Source: Hydrolagus colliei (taxonomy: Eukaryota). From it: 64,000 nucleotides of DNA. The DNA lies in the NCBI GenBank assembly GCA_035084275.1, contig CM068751.1, forward strand, positions 7,440,001 through 7,504,000, in the 5' to 3' direction. The notes below the pieces were generated by a model. That model ran no database searches. It was not told where the DNA came from and worked only from the letters and a program-made list of their open reading frames with translations. Positions 28,115 to 42,588 of this stretch are shown here, piece by piece. The stretch's first letter is position 1. Every line of letters begins with the position of its first letter. The position numbers were made by a program, and so were the translations under genes.

Positions 28115-28300
28115 AGGGGAATTTTCTCCCTTTCTCCTGCAGCGCTATATAATGGGTTGCGGTGTTTTGCTAAGTGACTGTTCTACACATTATGAACTTT
28201 TTGGCAGGAATGGCAATTCAACCCAAGCCTGTCCTCACCCAACGTTCATTCGTGTGTACATCCCAGTATCAACCCTGAGTGATATCTCTCCTTGCTAACG
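28115..28300 (-). mobile_element. Older SINE-like family, degenerate 3' part
   Basis: AATTTTCTCCCTTTCTCCTG matches the reverse complement of the 11020 copy's end; CAAGCCTGTCCTCACCCAA internal motif. Confidence 0.4.
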
Positions 28301-28335
28301 CAGGACAATTTTAGCTGCCGAACAGCTGCAATGGC

Positions 28336-28640
28336 CGACAACAATTTGCATTTACATAGCGGCGAACATGCGTGGTAGCATCCCAAAGAGCTTCACAGTG
28401 GCAGAGTCTGACAACAAGCCAGGGAGAGAGGGAGGTGACTGTAAGTACAATCAAAAAGAAAAGTCTTTGGTGGTATTTGAAGGAATAGAGAAAGGGGACA
28501 AGGTAGAGCGATTGACAGAGTTCCAGAGCTTTGGGGCGTATTGGCTGAAGGCACGACCATCGATGGTGGAACGGGGGGGGGGGCAGGAGGACGGAGCCAG
28601 CCGAGTGAAGGCAGTGGATGTTGGAGTGGGCAGTGCATCA
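28336..28640 (-). mobile_element. L2-clade LINE 3'-end fragment
   Basis: ACAACAATTTGCATTTACATAGCGG...CCCAAAGAGCTTCACAG, then GAGTTCCAGAGCTTTGGGGC...GGCTGAAGGCACGACC. This is typical of the reverse complement of an L2 ORF2 end (APKLWNSL-like) and tail. Confidence 0.6.
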
Positions 28641-28724
28641 GATAGCTAACAGTCCTCCTAGTACATATAGATCATTTTGTTTTGTTAAAAATGACCAAAA
28701 GAAACATCTAACATCTAAAATATG

Positions 28725-28818
28725 GCGCACTTCCCTTGGGATGTCCTCTTGACGTGAAAGGCGCTATATGAATGTAAGTTTGGATTGATTGATTGATTGA
28801 TTGATGATTGATTGATTG
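28725..28818 (+). mobile_element. L2-type tail with (GATT)n microsatellite
   Basis: CTTGGGATGTCCTCTTGACGTGAAAGGCGCTATATGAATGTAAG then (GATT)n. Similar short tails lie near 3425, 7778, 10960, 11590, 48990, 50745, 56163, 58045 and 60355. Confidence 0.6.
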
Positions 28819-31800
28819 AAGTGACCACTGGCTCCGGTGCACACTGTGGGTAAACGGTTCAGCGAACAAACACAGGATAAAACCAGGGTAATCTGTTGCA
28901 GAGGGGACTGATGAAAGATTGACAGCGTCTATGTTTGCAGGAGGCATCTTCGAAAACCTAAATTAGTTGACACCATCCAAATGGTACATTTGTGCCTTTG
29001 AAAGTGAACTTTTGTACAACTACAAGAAAACCAAAGGAAAACTTCCAACAAACGCAGCCATTGTTTGTTCGCTCGGAATAATAATACATCTGGCCCTTTG
29101 TCAAAAGCTGGTCTGTCCCATTTAATTCTTTTTCCATTACAAAAGGTGAACGGGAGTAAATATTTAATATGAGCCGCATCTTCTTGTGGCATCATACTGA
29201 TCGCTTGATTTGCTTTCGGCACTTTTCCTTCACAATCTTCTCTGGAAAATACAAGGAAAACTTTGTGCTATTGAGGCCATTGGTTTCTTTTGAAGTCGTT
29301 TTCAACTAATCTGCCCTGGTCATCTTCGGGATTAGCTTTGCTGCTGGATCAAGCTGTCTGCGTCTGTACCACCACCAACAGCCCCTTGTGAACATTGGCA
29401 CAGCTGTCAGTTGCTTCCTAGTGCTTCTCAGGCTCTTCCCACTGAATCCAGGGCACAAAAAAAACTCGCGGTATTGATTCAAAGCCTTTGACATGCTAAT
29501 TTGCTCAGTGACTGCTTTAATTACTCTCCCATACAGGCACGCTTCAAAAAGGAGGCGTTCTTTCCCCCCAAAAGATGGGGATGTCTCTTTCAACTGAAGT
29601 GCACTTACTTTCAGACAAATTCAAATGTCAAGTTCATTGGCTGGAAAATGTAAGACTATTTATCTCGTAAATCATTATTTTCCTAGTGTTTTTGAGTCAC
29701 CCCTCTGACAGCAGAGGAAGTGCCCAAGTTTCATTTTGCACCTTTTAATGTGTTCAGCCAAGAAGCTTTCAAGAGTCTAATTAACAGCAGGGACTATATT
29801 AACTAAATCATGTCATGAATGTATCATCTATGGTGAAAGGTTTTTCAATCCAAACCCATACATTGATTTGTTTGTGTCCACAAACATTTGGGCAAAGTTT
29901 GTAGAACTATAATGTTAGTTTGAGATAAGAGGACGAGGAATAATTAAAAACACTTTGTTTACAGTATCTCAATCAAAATTCGGTTGAAATACAATTCTAA
30001 AGTACCTTCATATGAATTCGTTTTGAGTTCCCCCTTCAACTGCAAATTAACAAACATACAATTGCACATAAAATCAATTCTTGTAACAATTAAATTTGCC
30101 TCCTATTTCATTTATTTCTGTATCATTTTTGTCTTGAGTGGTCAAAAGAGTAAATGCAGACCTAAAACTCCTCTGCCAAATGAAGACAGATTTATATGTT
30201 TCAATCCAAGTTCAATTCAATCTTGAAAAAGTATTGAATCCAGACGTATTTATCCATCTCCAGAAATAACAAGAGAGGGGTGAAATAAGTTTTCTGTTAG
30301 CCTCTGACCCTGTAGCAAAAGGAAACAAAGAGACGATCTGGAGCCATGTCAGAACATAGTCAAATGGTAAACGGCAGGGGATCAGACTGTTAGAACAACA
30401 CTTGGCACTCGATTGGGCAGCCTCTGTGACGCTCCTCCTTTTCACAGAAACAAACCATGGAAAAAAAGGGCTGTAAAATGCTGGCAAACAAAACGCTATT
30501 GGCAATTGGTTTTGTTGCTAAAGATGCACATTTATTCACTCTCCAACCCAATTCCGGACACTAATAGTTATTAAACTGGCAGTGAAACATGCTTTGCAAT
30601 CAGGTTCATTATACTTTTCTCCAGCACTGTGGACCATGTTTGGTCTGCCACTGCCCTATAAATTAAAGTAACTTAAGAATGTTTTATAATCCTCGTAGAG
30701 CACAATTGTTAGTTATTGCATTTAATTTGGAACCAATAAAACAAATTGGATTATCTGCATCATTAAAGTGAGCAATAACACCGGTCTTTGTCTGCCAGCT
30801 ACACAGCAGCAAAATCCAACCACAACTCAATTTATATGAGAAAGCTTTGTTTGCTTCATTCGGATCCTGAATACTTCACCTTGATTTACACAATGTGGAA
30901 TTAAATGGAATTAACTTGCTCAAGGTTTGAAACGGGGTGAAAATTGCAACCTTTACAGGTTATGATTTGCATGCGTGTGGCACATTATCTTCAACAACAC
31001 ACATAGAGAATGACGGTCTAGGATTGGAAATCAAAGTTACACAAGTGGGACTCAAAGAAAAGCAGTTTGTCTGTGGAGGACCCCAGCAAGTGAATTTTCT
31101 CCCATTTGCCCTCTGCCTGATTATAAAGCCGAGCATTGCTGAAACAATGACTCTGTAGATAAATAGTCCGAGTGGCATAAAACCCAAATTATACAATTTT
31201 CTGTGTGAGCAGTTTGGGCAACAATTTACAAAGGAAGCTGCTCTCCTTTGTGGAAAAGGAAACGGGCGTATTATTTTGCATAGAGCTATATACAGATTCT
31301 GCAAATGAGGAAGCTGATGTATGCAAAAGGGAAAGCTGGCTGATCAGTTGACAATGTTCATTCATTAGAAGAGACAAATGAGAATTTCATTCTGATGATG
31401 ACACTGTTTTAACACCCAGTGGTGATTGACAGTTAAAAAAAACACACAAGTGTTCTTCTTATGCATCCCATGTACTTGTGTCCAGTGGCTCCTTTCTCAG
31501 CTTGCATCATTTTTAAAGCAATGTTTACTTTGAAAACAGCAGTCAACACACTCGACTTCTTAAGCAATCTAAAGCCATTTAATAAACACAAGCTCCACTG
31601 ATTCACAGGTTTAAAAAACAATTATAGTCGATGTGGTCACCTCCTTTTCAATCCCCACAATAAAGAACCACAATGAATTATACTTAAACCATCTTTAAAT
31701 ATTTCAAAGACAGAGCTTGGAAATGCAGAGGTGGTTGGTTATAATGATGTGACAGCTTTAGTTTCCTTTTAAGAGAGAATTTTAACAATAATTTTGTTGT

Positions 31801-32378
31801 TTAAGAAGGAAAAAGTTAGACCAGTATCTTACTGTCTCCATCACACCAAACCAACACTAGCATTTCACCACAATTTTGCATCATCAGCAAACACGTTGAT
31901 GTAAATATACATAAAATATACACAAATAAGCTTTGCCAGACACTTGTCATGAAAGGGCGGGACCTTAGAAGTGTGGAAACACCCAAGCTAAGAGTTTATT
32001 CTCCCATTTGTCTTTTGACGAGTGCTGTTCTAAAAGCCATTTGCGCTGAATACAGAAACTCCAAACTTACCATAATTATGGCTTAATTAATGGCTTATCT
32101 GTGCAAGCACTTAATTCATAACAGCAAATACTAATCAGAAAATCTGGCTGGTCTGACCACTTTCAGTTCCCCATCCCTCTTATCAGTGCTCACAGTGATT
32201 CATATTTAGTAGTGTGTGGATTGCTGCCTTTTTGTTTCCCAGAACATGTCAAAACAAGTAAACATGCCCCAACAACAGTTCTGCTAACCTGGGCATTGCC
32301 CAACCTAATTAACATGACAGTTTTTGTCATTGAAACTGGTCATGGAGATAGTCTGCAGATGCTAACAGGCAACGACTG

Positions 32379-32528
32379 NNNNNNNNNNNNNNNNNNNNNN
32401 NNNNNNNNNNNNNNNNNNNNNNNNNNNNNNNNNNNNNNNNNNNNNNNNNNNNNNNNNNNNNNNNNNNNNNNNNNNNNNNNNNNNNNNNNNNNNNNNNNNN
32501 NNNNNNNNNNNNNNNNNNNNNNNNNNNN
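32379..32528. other. Assembly gap (150 N) in intron 3
   Basis: Run of N bases. The true length of intron 3 is therefore uncertain. Confidence 0.99.
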
Positions 32529-35339
32529 CACAAGTATGAAAAACAAATGGCCAACAGAAAAGCTTCACAATTTTTTTTAAAAAAATTGATAAAATAAATG
32601 CCAAATTTAACAAAATCATTGCTGAGAATTTGTTTTCAGTTAGAAATCATTTAAACGGGCCAAGTGGTGTCTCGGTGGGGATTTTCTTTAGAGAGTGTCT
32701 CAGTTTCCTGCAATGTTGTTGTTAAGAACATCCTGCTCAGAAGGTTGCACTGTTTTATCTGCCAAGAGAAAGTTTTTGAGTTGCATCTGCCTCGACGTGA
32801 CCTCTTTGCCATGCAGTTTCTGGGTTACCTTCTTGGCTTTGTTTTTTTTTAAGTTGAGTAAAATTTCTTACGGATAAAATATATTCTTTAAGATGTGATG
32901 AGCAGCAGCACAATGACATCATTGCACTCTGCTCCCTCTTGCCAGTCCAGTAAATATTCTCGCGAGGACAATTGTCGGGTCGTCCTCGTCCCCTTTTCAT
33001 GTGAACTTGCAGGTGGCGCAGACAATGGCAGTCTGTCACTTTGAAACTTCCAACTATGTCCCTTGCAACCTTCCCATTCTTCTAACCGCTAACACATTCT
33101 ACTGAAGAGGACAACTGGAAGAGGAAATGTAATTCTGTCCCATGTGGTCCCAGGCCCCAGCAGATGACCAGCGTAGAGACTGCAATGACAAAAAGCACCC
33201 ACGACTGCAGCTCGCCAGGCCTTTGTCACACCATGAGATCTTAATCAATCTAATTCTGACCTCCAATGACAGGAGGAAGATGGATGAGGAAGTAAGTGGC
33301 CCCTGACCCCAGCTCGGTAATTGTCCCATCACAGTTCTCCCATGCAGAAACAATAGACGCCGTTCCTATTCACAAAGCCCAGGACACATTTGAATCAAAC
33401 GAGAGGAATCTAGGGTCTCCTACAGTGACGTCTTGTCAGTTCTGACACAGCAAAGGAGGAATTTTCCCCCCCCACACCAAAAAAAAAGTTTCCCAACTGC
33501 AATAATGCGTTTGGTTTAAAAGATATATTGTTTTAACTTCAGGATAAAGACAATAAGAAAATGACCCTTAGGCTTTCAGAAACATATATTACTAGTTCCC
33601 CTGTATTGAACATAATGAATAGGACTTCAGTTCTATAAGCTGCTGAACTTTTAAAAAATAATATGGGCGATTAAATAATAGTAACATAATACATTATATA
33701 AATCTTACAATACAATAACTAGTAGTAAAATTGCAGCATGGAAAATCATTTCTCTCAACAAATAGCACAGCAGTGTGATCCGATCCTATAAATTAAGATG
33801 CTGTTACAAAAAACATTAAATCAAACTATTCACTCTAGTTCTACACTTTTCAAAGAAAGTGCCAAGAATTATGACCTGGTGACCTCCTGGACTTAGTTTC
33901 TCAACCGAGTCTCTATTCTTAGGATTTGCAACAGGGTGTGTCTGTCTGTCCGTCCATCTACACTGTGCACTAACCAGTGCAACCAATCAAATGATTACCT
34001 CCGCACATCCATTGCAAGTAGCAGCAACAAAGTTAGCAAACGGCTAAAGGGAAAAATATTATCCTGCTGTTTGTCTTGATCAATCCATGTTAGAGCAAAA
34101 TCCTAAACTATATCCTGGGAACCTTTTCAGTGCCATCAGTTTGAACAATCAGGCAGATCATAGATGGGCTGTAAATATACACAATGGCCATCTAACATTT
34201 CAATTGTAGCATTATATTGAAATTCAAAACACACAAAGGGATTATGAAGCATTGGCTTTAACAACGAGGCACTAAAAAAGATCTTCTTTGTAACTTCAAG
34301 GTATTCATATGCAAGCCTTTTTAAATTAGAAGATGTATATTAATTGGGCCTATATTACCGATTGAGAATTCATGTGTTTTTTTTAAATCAGTGCTACAAC
34401 ATTTTTTCTAAAGCGCTAATGAACAAGAACCATTAGCAGGTCATAAAACAACCTCTCCGAGGAATACAAATATTATTTGTGGTCAAAATTGTGTTTTATG
34501 CCATTTATATTTCATTTTAAGGTCATATCCTGCATTATTATTGTTTAGTAGAGAACAGATTATTTGGCTAAATTTTAATGTACCTTATAAATGGAAACTA
34601 TATAGTTTCTAATAGAAAATTACTTCTGATTTACAATACACTTGCGAGGCATCTATTAAAATCAAAACTCAACAGGTATATTGAAACATTGAAAATTCTG
34701 GAGTATGAGCCATTATCACTGATAAAATTCTGCAATCCTCTCCTTCTTACAGAAACTGCTTCGGTTTTAAATGTCATCTTCACAAAATTAGTTACTCAAA
34801 TTGTATGAGACATGCCACTTTGAGTGTAGAAGAGTGAGGCCAGAAGTCAATGAAATATCACCATGTGAGCTATATAAAACCACATGAAATTGACTCCGTG
34901 GTCTCGCAGCAGTATTACTTGGCTTTGAGATTGGCACTGAAGCCAAGAATGGATTAACATATTGTATAGGATTACACCGAACCAAGTACGTTTCAAGACA
35001 ACCATTTCAATAACATTCAAATCAGAAACATCCAGCAAATTAGATTTTCATAAACAATCCTATTAGGTTATTTTTTAGAGCCAACATCAACGAAGACGAG
35101 TACGCAATCCTGCTTAAAACTATTTATAAGAAAATCCGGTGGCTTCCAACACTTTTGCCTATTCAGTTACATTATGTGGGTCAATGCACCACCCTTTCGA
35201 TCTGACAAAGTTATTGGTCACATTGTGGTATGTTATGTTATCCCACTGGGTCATCTAATTACTCTTGTTTACAGCATTTTGTCCCATCAATCTGATTAAA
35301 TTATTTACACACGTACACACACAGTCTAAATGAAATCTA

Positions 35340-36089
<750 letters not shown>

Positions 36090-36164
36090 TCATTTGTAAA
36101 AAAAATATATAAAACTGTATGTATACTCAAAATAATTTCTCTGGAAGTTAATTAACATTTTTTT

Positions 36165-36388
36165 ATATCTGGGGTATTACTGGACAAGTCACTTCTTAAA
36201 GTCCATCTGAACAGGTAGACAGGAATTCGATGTAACATCTCATCCAAAGGACAGAACCTCTGACAACGCAGGAGCTCCCCCATCATTATACCGAAGTGTC
36301 AAGTCAAGCCATGAGCTCAATGTCCCAATCTGAGGCTTGAACCCATAATCTTCTGACTCAAAAAGGAGAGTGCTCCCAACTAAGCCAG
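36165..36388 (-). mobile_element. Ancient Deu-domain-type SINE fragment (SacSINE1/AmnSINE-like) in intron 2
   Basis: Reverse complement has a tRNA-like head TGGCTTAGTTGGGAGCACTCTCC...GAGTCAGAAGATTATGGGTTCAAGCC, then GCGTTGTCAGAGGTTCTGTCCTTTGGATGAGATGTTAC...CCTGTCTACCTGTTCAGATGGAC. This resembles the Deu-domain consensus as recalled from memory. Confidence 0.6.
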
Positions 36389-37282
36389 CATGACTTTATG
36401 CAGAATCCCCAATTTGTCCGCTTTCTCTATGCAAAGACAAATGGTGGTTTTATGTCAACAAACAATCTCATTTTGCATTGTTTAATAGATAATGGTAAGT
36501 CACTCTCTCCTGACTAAAACAGCAAGATTTATGAATGTTTTAAACAGTCATAAATTTATAAACTGATTTATTCTTTGAGCAAAATACCAAATGCCCTCTT
36601 TTTTTTATATAAAGACATTTGGAGCCTGATTACCAAACATGACTCAGATATTCCTACAAAGTCCTTCCACATGTATATTTGATGGGAAAAACATCAAAGC
36701 TCTTTGTGCGGTGCAAAGAGAGAGGCAGAATGTTACTGCTCGCCACTGTAGGGGCTGAGCAAAATCTTTTCACTCACCCTTCAGCAATGCAGGCTGGATG
36801 CGTTTGATCTGTGCAAATAGAGACCAGGACAACAGTAGCTACACATGAATTCGTATGTCAGGGCCATAATGCCTTAGTGATTACCTTAAGAATTAAAAAT
36901 GTCAATAACCCATGGTTTCAACCTCAACTCCTGGGAGATCGTGTCCCTCTATTTAATTTATGAGCAGAATGTGTTAAACCTTGTTAGTGACAAAAGATAA
37001 ATTCTAATTAGAAGCTGTCTTAAATGAAGCTGCATGTCAGGATGGTGTCTTTGTCTCCCATCCATCACCTGCATCAGTTGAATCTCAGGCATGCAAGTTA
37101 ATGCAGTAGTCCTCTACTTCCAATTAAATTAACTCTTTAAATGTAATTACTGCACAATCCAATATCGTTTCGTGTTTCAAAAACACAGATTTTTCCTATG
37201 TACAATTAAAAGTGCAAATAGCTGCTAGCTTACTGCGAAGATTGTTTCAAGTTATTATGTACAATATGTAATTTTTTTTTAA

Positions 37283-37455
37283 TGTGACCAATCAAACCAT
37301 GACTGTTTGTGGGACACTGCTGTGTACAATTAATTTGCTGCTGCGATTCGCCCACAAAATATCGTCAATTCACGTTACACTATATTCTGTGAAGCGCCTT
37401 GAGACATCTCGATAAGGCGTTATATTAGAATAAACGATCCTTGCATTTGATGTGG
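37283..37455 (+). mobile_element. SINE 3' fragment in intron 2, followed by a short inverted tail remnant
   Basis: GACTGTTTGTGGGACACTGCTGTG...TATTCTGTGAAGCGCCTTGAGACATC, then ATCCTTGCATTTGAT on the opposite strand. Confidence 0.75.
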
Positions 37456-39648
37456 AGTGGATGTCTGAAAAGCCTCACGAGATCTTACTTACTGTAAGGT
37501 GCATTTTGTAGACAACTATAGACGCTAACTAGAGCTGTAAACAGGGGTTCTTACAGATTTTATCTGCGCCCAAGTGATAAAGAGACAGTACCCTTTCTAA
37601 TGGGCTCAAGTAAGAGATTGTCCAAGAGGTGTGTCTGGAAAATAGATAGAGCAACTGGTGCGAGAGAGAAGAATGGCCTCTTGAATTTTTCACAACTGTT
37701 TAAAAATAGATCTCGAGCACCTCTGGGTTTGTGTCAACGCCAAGCTCGATTTCGAAAGTAAAATACATCTCGTGGACACTTGGAAGTTCGGCCCCTCGCA
37801 GGCAACGGATGGCTAATCAAACCGCTACCCTTCCTCTCGCTATTTGTCCACCGAGGACCTCAATACTTTGGGAGACTGTATTCCAGTCCCCTGCGGGCCT
37901 GACTGCCTGCAGATGGAAGAGAACAGAAAAAGCCTGTCTCTGCAGTCAGTCAGTCAGTCAATGACCTTCCTTGGGCGTCAGATTGAAGTGGAGCCTTGGC
38001 TACCACTGAGAATGAGGCTGTCCCTTTCCAGATTGTGAAAAGGATGGGGGACAATTGCGGGCAATCATAGCAATGTGTGTGCTGTCTGTCTACTCTGCCA
38101 CCAGCCTGTCAATCACCCCCTGTATAAGGCAGAGGGGGGTGGGGGGGGAGGTAGGCAGATGCAATTCTGCAAGCCAACGCATTTTCACACGTACACAAGG
38201 AGAGACGTGTAGTCAAGTTCAGCTCACATGCAGAAGCATCACAACTTCTGAATCATATTTTGTTAAAAACTGCCCAACAGAAAATAGCTGGATTATTCAG
38301 TAATCCGGCACCATTTTCTTGGACGAACCTGAATTGGTGGGGTTTTTTTTCTGCATTATTTTTATTCCACGCACACAGACACACACACAGACAGACACTG
38401 ACACGTAGGAATGGGAACAAAAAAAGCAGCAAATGGTACAATGGATGGACGTTGGGATCTTGTCAAGATAAAAGCACCAGCCAAACCGCTTTTGACTTTG
38501 GCTTGGCGACGATGCGTTTGCTGAGGCGGGAGAGGAGAGTTTAACCAAAGTGCCTCAGATGTGGAGGAGCTGGGATCAGCCATTTGATCAGCGGCAGTCA
38601 GTGGGAAAGGCTGCCTTGCAAATTGCAATCGCGTTGGAGTGTATTGAGTGGGGGGGGGGGGGGTCTCAGCCACGCACTTCCCCGTGTTTTGACATTTTTC
38701 ACTTATCTGGAAATGGAGACCTTGTGCATACCCGTGACCAACCCCCCCCCCCCCCCCACCCCCAGCCAGTCTGCTCCCATTCCATCTCTTAAAAGCCCAA
38801 GATCAGCTTTCCAGTTAATCCTCCAGAAAGCAACCACTTTCCTGACCTTTATCTCAAGTCAGATCTTACTGCTTTAGACCCTCTCTTCCCACCCCCCCTC
38901 CCCACCACCGCCAGCCTCATCCTAAGGGACCCCCCCCCCCCGCCCCCCCTCTCTCTCTCTCCAGACCAGAGAAATCTCACTCAACCGGCCTCCCAACACC
39001 TAACGCCTCGCTAAACAACAGATACCCTGGGTGACGGTGCCTTCCTCTTCATAATCCTCTGATAAACTGTGAAAATGACTTGACGTTTCCAGAGTATCAA
39101 ATGATGATTTCCCTGGAGTGTTTGAGAGTTGATTTTAATGATAAAACGGTGGCAGCTGATTCCCTGGTGTTATAGATGGCCTTACTATATATATTTTTAC
39201 ACGCACACATACATAGACACACACACAAGAGTGTTTTTTATGGTCAGGTCTATCTGGTAAGTTTCCAAGTCACAAACTGCTTTTGTTTAAATAGAAAAAA
39301 AAAACACCAACCTTAGCCATTTTCTACCTAACTATCTCTCTCCCCCCACCCTCCCTCCCTCTCTCCCTCTCTCTCTCTCTATTTACCCCCCTATCCTTTG
39401 GGTTTCCAATTCTCCGTGCAGCCAAGCACTTTCTTGCCATTGGGGGAGTATACAGTTTCTCTCACAAAGAGCAATTCAGTTCATCAAGTAGAGTAGAAAT
39501 CTGACCTCCCACCCACCCACCCTCCACAATCTTGCTGAAAATGCCCATTAACTCCCATTCTGCAGGATTCTTGATCCAGTGTTGATTTCTGTCCCAACAG
39601 ACTCCCCCCAACCCAGTATTTCTTCAATAGGGTATTTAATCTACTCAC

Positions 39649-39716
39649 CCCGCCTTCTGGGGGGAAAGCTTCCCAGCCGAGCTCGCCTTGGACAGACCTG
39701 GAATCCAAAAGTGTCA
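39649..39716 (-). CDS. EPHA4: EphA4-type receptor, coding exon 2 (start of ligand-binding domain)
   Basis: 68 nt. Acceptor ACAG, donor GTGAGT. Encodes (V)[22 protein letters not shown] versus recalled human EPHA4 [23 protein letters not shown]. Confidence 0.95.
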
Positions 39717-40291
39717 CTGTTGGGGAACAAGGGGAACACATTAGGGAATAGGGTCGAGTAACTGAGGCTGGTATCAATGCGTGTCTGGGCTGAGCTGCCA
39801 CACCGCTTTGCTGGCATGTGCGTTACATGGACAGTGGACTTCATGCTTCAGTTCCCACAAAGCACTGAGTTGAATGTAACTGCTAACAAGACAAACCTGG
39901 TGTGTTTTGTTCACACACACACACACACACATAGAAAGTCAATGTAAAAACCAAAGCACTTTTTTCCCCTCTCTCAACTCAACTCAAAACTCGATTCGTT
40001 TCCAATGTCACCAACGCAATGTTTTTTTAAATGTAAAACAAATCGAGACATTGATGGAGAGCTAAACTGTGCAGGCAATGTATGTATGTATATATATATA
40101 TCTATGTGTGTGTGTGTGTGTTTTAACACACACGGTGCTTGAGAGATGTAACTGAGGTGGGAGTCAGTGGCACACATAAGACCCCCACCAAACAAACTAC
40201 TGTTAGAATCAACACTAGGAAACCCAGACCAGTGGTTGGTTGTGAGTCTGGTTCATGCAAAAAAATAGATGAATAACGTTTTGCTTTCATA

Positions 40292-40295
<4 letters not shown>

Positions 40296-40323
<28 letters not shown>
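40296..40323. repeat. (GT)n microsatellite in intron 1
   Basis: Direct reading. Other CA/GT, GA and TA repeats lie at about 14268, 16550, 39912, 40088, 41776, 42404 and 46998. Confidence 0.9.
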
Positions 40324-40327
<4 letters not shown>

Positions 40328-42491
40328 GAAACAGTAAACGATAAAACAGGTCGTTTGACAGGCCAGAGAGAGGGTTTTTATTGGCGTTGCGGGAGCTGTG
40401 TAGAGACAGGAGATTGAATGTTTTTCAGTGTTATCTCTAGCGCATACCAAGTGTTCTCCTGGCGGAGGTAAACACACACTTTGTCTGTAGGAATGATAGA
40501 GGGACTGATTAAAAAAAGCCATCATATTTTCTCTCTATCTCTTAATATTCTCCCCCCCCCCCCCCCCCCTCACTGAAATCTCAGTCAGAGTTTCACCCAC
40601 AGTTTATACTGTAACTGTACTTTCGGGGAGGTTTCACAATGTGATGGATACGGGTTATATCAATTTGCGTTCAGAGGAGAAGCTCGAGATACACGAAACA
40701 CAATCAAACACATCTCTCTGGATTGTACAATTGTGTTGGAAACCGACCACAAGGTTCAGGCATTAATCTTGTTTTAAAATGAGAGAGACAGACAGAGGGA
40801 AAGTTGGGGGAAACTCGAGCAATATTTGCCCCCTTTTCCTCTGTGCCACGATGGCGCTGTAAGAGAAATCGCACGCCATATCCAATTCGATTAATTGAAT
40901 GTGGATTAACACTGTAGGGAGGACAATGCAGGTTCAATCGTGGGCGCAGAAAGGAGAGAGGGAGGGAGGGAGAGAGGGGGGGGGGGGGGGGAGGAAAGAG
41001 GAAAAAGAAAGGGAGCGTGTCTTGAATGTTAAATGCCACTGACACATAAACCTTTTCTTGCATTGGTGCAAGGGTAGGGGGGGGGGGAGGGGGAGACTTG
41101 TGTCTCTCCCCCTCCCTTTGTAATTGCTTTTCCCCCATACAATTAAACCACGCATTGATTTCCCAAATGCGACTTTGCATTATTTGAAAAAAACACTAAA
41201 ATACAACTGCAAACCCTGCTCTCGCAGATCACATTAATGATTTTTGTTTGACCCCCCAAAAAATAAGAGAAAATCCTTCTTCCGACCCCCCCCCCCCTCG
41301 CTCCCCACCCCCCCCCCCCCCCCCCCCGCCCCCAAAAAAAAATCCGATTGAGACTTCTTTCTCCGAATAAAATCTATTCCCACGACTTAAATCCAAGCAA
41401 CTAACTCTCCCTCGAGTTATGTCACCTGAGGCACAAAACAAGTGTGTGTTTTAAAACTGTCACAGTGCCTCTTTTCACCCCCACCGTAAGAAACCTTTGC
41501 TCGTGAATTAATGAACTGTCTGTCTGGTTTGTTCGTCTTGAGGTTTGGGTTCCCCCCCCCCCCCACCCAACAACAACAAAAAAATCTTTTATGAATTATT
41601 AGTGGCTGCAAATGTTTGGCAATTGAACTGGACGTCCAACGTGTTGAAAGCAACCGCAGAATGAGAAGCCAGTAAAATGGATCAGATTCAACGTTGGGAT
41701 TATGGATGTAATTCTGGTTTGTCACACGCGTCGTGGGAAACAGGTTATTTTAGGATAATTTCTTGCCTTGTGATTCACACACACACACACACACACACAC
41801 CCCATCCAAGTTTATGCTGTGTTTTGGGGGTACATCTGTTTTACTCCCTCCCCCCCATTAAGAGGATTTAATGAAGTATATTAAACATTTTTTACAAAGG
41901 CTTCAATTCATTCAGTTTCAATGCAACCGACACAGCCATGTACTTCTCTGTGGGGTGTCGTGTGGGGGGAAAAGAAGACATAGCCTATCACTAAAATAAC
42001 AGGGAGCCTGGTAGCTGGAGATACGGTTAAGTCGCAGTGGAGAGAGAGAGAGATCTTAGCGACCAACAAGGCTAGTCCATTCACACTGTGTCTCTCCATC
42101 TCTCCCTCCCTGTCTATATTCAACTCCACAAATCTCTCACTCCTGTTAAAATAACATCACTCTTAATCCAATCGCACTTTTTTTGTGTGGGGGGGGTGAT
42201 CTGGTAGACTTTCTCTCTCTCACTCATGTGTTATTTATCCCTCTTTCTCTCTCACTCACTCTTTCTCTCCTGTGTGATTTATACCCCCCACCTCCCTACC
42301 CCCTCTATCACTTTCTCTCCCCCCCCCCCCACCCATAAGTTTCCTCAAGTCAAGTCCCTTCTTTCTTATCACCCATCAAACTCATTCAATGTCAATCCCT
42401 GTGAGACAGACAGACAGACAGATAGACAGACAGATAGAGAGAGAGAGAGAGAAACATTCAATCTGAGCCAGCGCTGGGTGCAGAAACTTAC

Positions 42492-42588
42492 CTTGGTTTG
42501 GAGCAAAGACCTTGGAGTTGTAAAAGGCTGAAGAAATCCCAATGCCAACAGCTAGTGCACAGAGAGTGAGCTGTACAATCCAAGCCAT
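42492..42588 (-). CDS. EPHA4: EphA4-type ephrin receptor, coding exon 1 (signal peptide)
   Basis: ATG in strong Kozak context (ACCATGG). Encodes MAWIVQLTLCALAVGIGISSAFYNSKVFAPNQ, a hydrophobic signal peptide ending like EphA4 'SRVYPANE'. Phase-1 donor G|GTAAGT at 42491 joins exon 2 as G|TG (Val). Confidence 0.9.

Noticed and set aside
31390-31435. ATGATGA box-C-like motif (possible C/D snoRNA)
   Set aside because: No suitably placed box D or terminal stem, and it is antisense to the host gene.
32212-32619. ORFs spanning the N run
   Set aside because: Artefacts of the assembly gap.
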